Source of the DNA: Armatimonadota bacterium | GTDB lineage: Bacteria > Sysuimicrobiota > Sysuimicrobiia > Sysuimicrobiales > Humicultoraceae | Direction of reading: 5' to 3' | Length of the DNA: 64,000 bases | Assembly: GCA_037443365.1 (NCBI GenBank) | Contig: JBBIOM010000003.1 | Span: 6,942 to 70,941, forward strand | Shown here: piece by piece, positions 61,460 through 64,000 of the stretch | Layout of the letters: each line of letters starts with the position of its first letter | Numbering within the stretch: position 1 is the first letter of the stretch | Translations under genes and position numbers: made by a program | The notes under the pieces: model-generated | What the model was told of the DNA's origin: nothing | Database searches by the model: none | Seen by the model: the letters and a program-made list of their open reading frames with translations, nothing else

Positions 61460-61488
61460 TCACTGAACTCATTCATCACTGAACTCAT
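61458..61488. repeat. 15-bp direct repeat with 16-bp period (CATCACTGAACTCAT x2)
   Basis: Copies at 61458-61472 and 61474-61488. Confidence 0.85.
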
Positions 61489-61524
61489 CGTGCCCCTAGC
61501 GACCCAGACGGAGGAGGCCCGCAG

Positions 61525-62571
61525 GTGACCGCGACGATCCGCGAGGTGGCCCAAGTCGCCGGGGTGTCGGTCGCCACCGTCTCGCGGGTAGTGAGCGGGA
61601 GCAGGCACCGCGTGAGCGCGGCCACCCGAAGCCGGGTGATGGCCGCTGTCGCGCGCCTGCGCTATCAGCCCAATCTGGTGGCGCAGGGACTGAAAAGCCG
61701 CGTCACTCACACGGTCGGACTGATCGTGCCCGACATCAGCAATCCCTTCTTCCCGGCGATTGCTCGCGGGATCGAGGACATCGCGAACCAGGCCGGGATG
61801 GCAGTCCTCCTGTGCAACACCTATGAGGATCTCTCGAAGGAGCGCAGGTATCTCGCGCTGTTGCGAAAGCGCATGGTGGACGGCCTCATCTTCGCCACGG
61901 TGGGGGCCAACACCGAGCACCTGCGGATGCTGAGGCGTCAACGGATGCCCGCGGTGTTGATCGCCCGCGCCCCCGGCGGGGTGGACATGGATGCCGTGCT
62001 GGTGGACAACCGCCGCGGGGAACGCGAGGCGGTCGAGCACCTGCTGCGCCTCGGGCACCGACGCATCGCCTTCATCGGAGGCCCCTCGGTCCTGCCGGTG
62101 GCCGGAGAACGCCTGGCCGGCTACCGCGATGCGCTTGGCGCCGTCGGCATAAGGTTCGACCCGGCGCTCGTCTTCGATGGTGGATTCCGTCCCGAGGGAG
62201 GCGCGGCGGCGGTAGGGGAGTTGCTGCGCCGACGAGTCAAGTTCACGGCCATCGCGGCTGCCAACGACCTCATGGCGATCGGGGCAATGGAGGACCTCCA
62301 CCGCCGCGGGCGCCGGATCCCAACCGACGTCGCGGTTGTGGGCTTTGACGACATCACGTTCGCCTCGCTCGTCGAGCCCCCGCTCACGACCGTGGCGCAG
62401 CCCAAGTACCAGATGGGCCGTCTGGCTATGGAGCGGCTGCTGGAACTGCTCAACGGCGGGACCTCACGGGCGCGCCGGCTGGTTCTGGAGCCGCGGCTCG
62501 TGATCCGGGAGTCATGTGGGGCAGCGATCAAGCGCACCAGAAGCAAGTCACCTGACCGAGGAGGGGATTGA
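61525..62571 (+). CDS. LacI family transcriptional regulator
   Basis: TIREVAQVAGVSVATVSRV, NPFF, VVGFDD, LTTVAQP. Confidence 0.95.
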   Translation: MTATIREVAQVAGVSVATVSRVVSGSRHRVSAATRSRVMAAVARLRYQPNLVAQGLKSRVTHTVGLIVPDISNPFFPAIARGIEDIANQAGMAVLLCNTYEDLSKERRYLALLRKRMVDGLIFATVGANTEHLRMLRRQRMPAVLIARAPGGVDMDAVLVDNRRGEREAVEHLLRLGHRRIAFIGGPSVLPVAGERLAGYRDALGAVGIRFDPALVFDGGFRPEGGAAAVGELLRRRVKFTAIAAANDLMAIGAMEDLHRRGRRIPTDVAVVGFDDITFASLVEPPLTTVAQPKYQMGRLAMERLLELLNGGTSRARRLVLEPRLVIRESCGAAIKRTRSKSPDRGGD

Positions 62572-62574
62572 CAG

Positions 62575-63744
62575 ATGAAGGGTTTGTTGCTCGAGGCCGA
62601 GTGGAAGCCGCGTAACGGATACAAGGTCAGCGAGTTCGAGCGCGCCACGGGGAAGGCGATCACAGGGAGCAGCGTCTGGCACCGCCCGCGGCTGCGCCTG
62701 GCGGACCTGCCCGATCCTGTCCTTGGCCCGCGCGAGGTGAGGCTGCGGGTTAGGGCGTGCGGAATCTGCGGTTCGGATGTGCACTTCTACGAGACCGACA
62801 AGGACGGCTACATGCTGTATCCCGGGCTGACCAAGTTCCCGGCGTTCCTCGGCCACGAGTTCTCGGGCGAGGTCATCGAGATCGGCGCCGAGGTGACCGA
62901 CCTGAAGGTGGGCGACATGGTCACCGCCGAGGAGATGATCTGGTGCGGCGAGTGCGTCCCCTGCCGCAATGGGTATCCCAACCAGTGCCTGCGGCTCGAG
63001 GAGATCGGCTTCACGATCCACGGCGCAATGGCCGAATCCATCGTGATCGGCGCCAAGTACTGCTGGAAGATCAACGAGTTGGCCGAGGTCTACGGCAGCG
63101 CGGAGCGGGCCTTCGAGGCCGGCGCCCTGTGCGAACCTACCAGCGTCTCATACAATGCCATGTTCTCCAGGGCAGGGGGCTTCAAGCCGGGCGGATACGT
63201 CACGGTCTTCGGAACGGGTCCGATAGGCCTGGCCGGGGTCGCCCTTGCCAGGGCGGCTGGCGCTGGCCGCGTAATCGCCTTCGACGTATCCGCGCCGCGC
63301 CGGGAGCTGGCCAAGAAGCTCGGCGCCGACTTCGCCTACGATCCGGTTGAACTGGCCCGGGCAGGAACGAAGCCGCGTGACGTGATCATGGAGGCCACCA
63401 AGGGCGAGGGGGCCGACCTGCACTTCGAGGCCGCCGGCAGTCCGCCGCTCACCATCCCCGAGATGGAGGAGAGCCTGGCCGTGGGCGGCAAGATCGTGAT
63501 CATCGGGCGGGCCTCCGAGCGCGTGCCGATGTACCTCGAGCACTTCCAGACACACGCGGCGCAGTTGTACGGTGCGCAGGGCCACTCGGGATACGCGAAC
63601 TTCCCGTCGGTCATCCGGCTGATGGCGGCACGTCGGATTGACATGACGCAGGTCGTTACGGACCGGTTCCCGCTTGCCCGTGGCGTCGAGGCCATAGAGA
63701 AGGCAACCAAGCGGGAGGGCGGCAAGATCCTGGTGCTCCCATGA
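62575..63744 (+). CDS. iolM: scyllo-inosose 3-dehydrogenase (Zn-dependent MDR)
   Basis: Characteristic N-terminus (AEWKPR...GSSVW), CGSD, YPGLT, GHEFSG, GAQGHSG. Confidence 0.8.
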   Translation: MKGLLLEAEWKPRNGYKVSEFERATGKAITGSSVWHRPRLRLADLPDPVLGPREVRLRVRACGICGSDVHFYETDKDGYMLYPGLTKFPAFLGHEFSGEVIEIGAEVTDLKVGDMVTAEEMIWCGECVPCRNGYPNQCLRLEEIGFTIHGAMAESIVIGAKYCWKINELAEVYGSAERAFEAGALCEPTSVSYNAMFSRAGGFKPGGYVTVFGTGPIGLAGVALARAAGAGRVIAFDVSAPRRELAKKLGADFAYDPVELARAGTKPRDVIMEATKGEGADLHFEAAGSPPLTIPEMEESLAVGGKIVIIGRASERVPMYLEHFQTHAAQLYGAQGHSGYANFPSVIRLMAARRIDMTQVVTDRFPLARGVEAIEKATKREGGKILVLP

Positions 63745-64000
63745 GACGCTTCGGACTGAACGGCGCTACCACGGGCGAGCACGTTGACATCGCCACCGAC
63801 ATCAGGGTGGCTGGCGATGCCGGGTATCAGGCCGTCGAGCTGAGGGACACCAAGATCGAGCGGTATCTCGGCTCGGGCGGCACGCTTTCCGCCCTGCGCA
63901 GCATGCTCCGCGACGCCGGGGTTGAGGTGCTCAGCATCAACGCGTTGGAGGACTCGACGCTCCGGAGTGGCGCGCGTCTGGATGAGATCCTGGCTCGCTG
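63741..64000 (+). CDS. Sugar phosphate isomerase/epimerase, IolI-like (truncated by window end)
   Basis: Own translation MRRFGLNGATT...AGYQAVELR...SINALE; ATGA overlap with iolM. Confidence 0.75.
   Translation, partial: MRRFGLNGATTGEHVDIATDIRVAGDAGYQAVELRDTKIERYLGSGGTLSALRSMLRDAGVEVLSINALEDSTLRSGARLDEILAR

Noticed and set aside
61458-61488. Mini CRISPR array
   Set aside because: Two 15-bp units separated by 1 bp, no spacers and no cas genes.

Overview
High-GC (about 70% by eye), gene-dense bacterial chromosomal window with about 59 CDSs, almost all metabolic, transport or envelope genes. I saw no rRNA, tRNA, CRISPR array, transposase, integrase or phage genes. TolC together with SLH proteins suggests a diderm lineage (Armatimonadota/CSP1-3-like is only a guess). 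Main blocks: (1) tungsten aldehyde:ferredoxin oxidoreductase and its radical-SAM maturase, separated by a secreted protein with thioester-domain-like and HExxH motifs; (2) a TetR-led acyl-CoA/3-hydroxybutyrate operon whose KSIII has Ser at the catalytic Cys position; (3) MacAB-TolC-CtpA; (4) two convergent operons that together encode FdrA/DUF1116/DUF2877 (AllFGH-like), a Mo-hydroxylase, a cyclase, RidA, a family III CoA-transferase, an AccDA fusion with no biotin partners nearby and a nucleobase permease, separated by perR-katG; (5) DUF47 plus tandem PiT transporters; (6) Mo-hydroxylase maturation genes lacking their L and S subunits; (7) a stand-alone 14-codon Lys-rich micro-ORF with a strong SD and terminator; (8) the start of an iolM-type inositol operon. 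The best candidates for undescribed biology are block 4 (a possible new N-heterocycle/ureide catabolic pathway), the micro-peptide, the Ser-KSIII operon and the secreted TED/HExxH protein. All calls come from motif recognition by eye; no searches were run.
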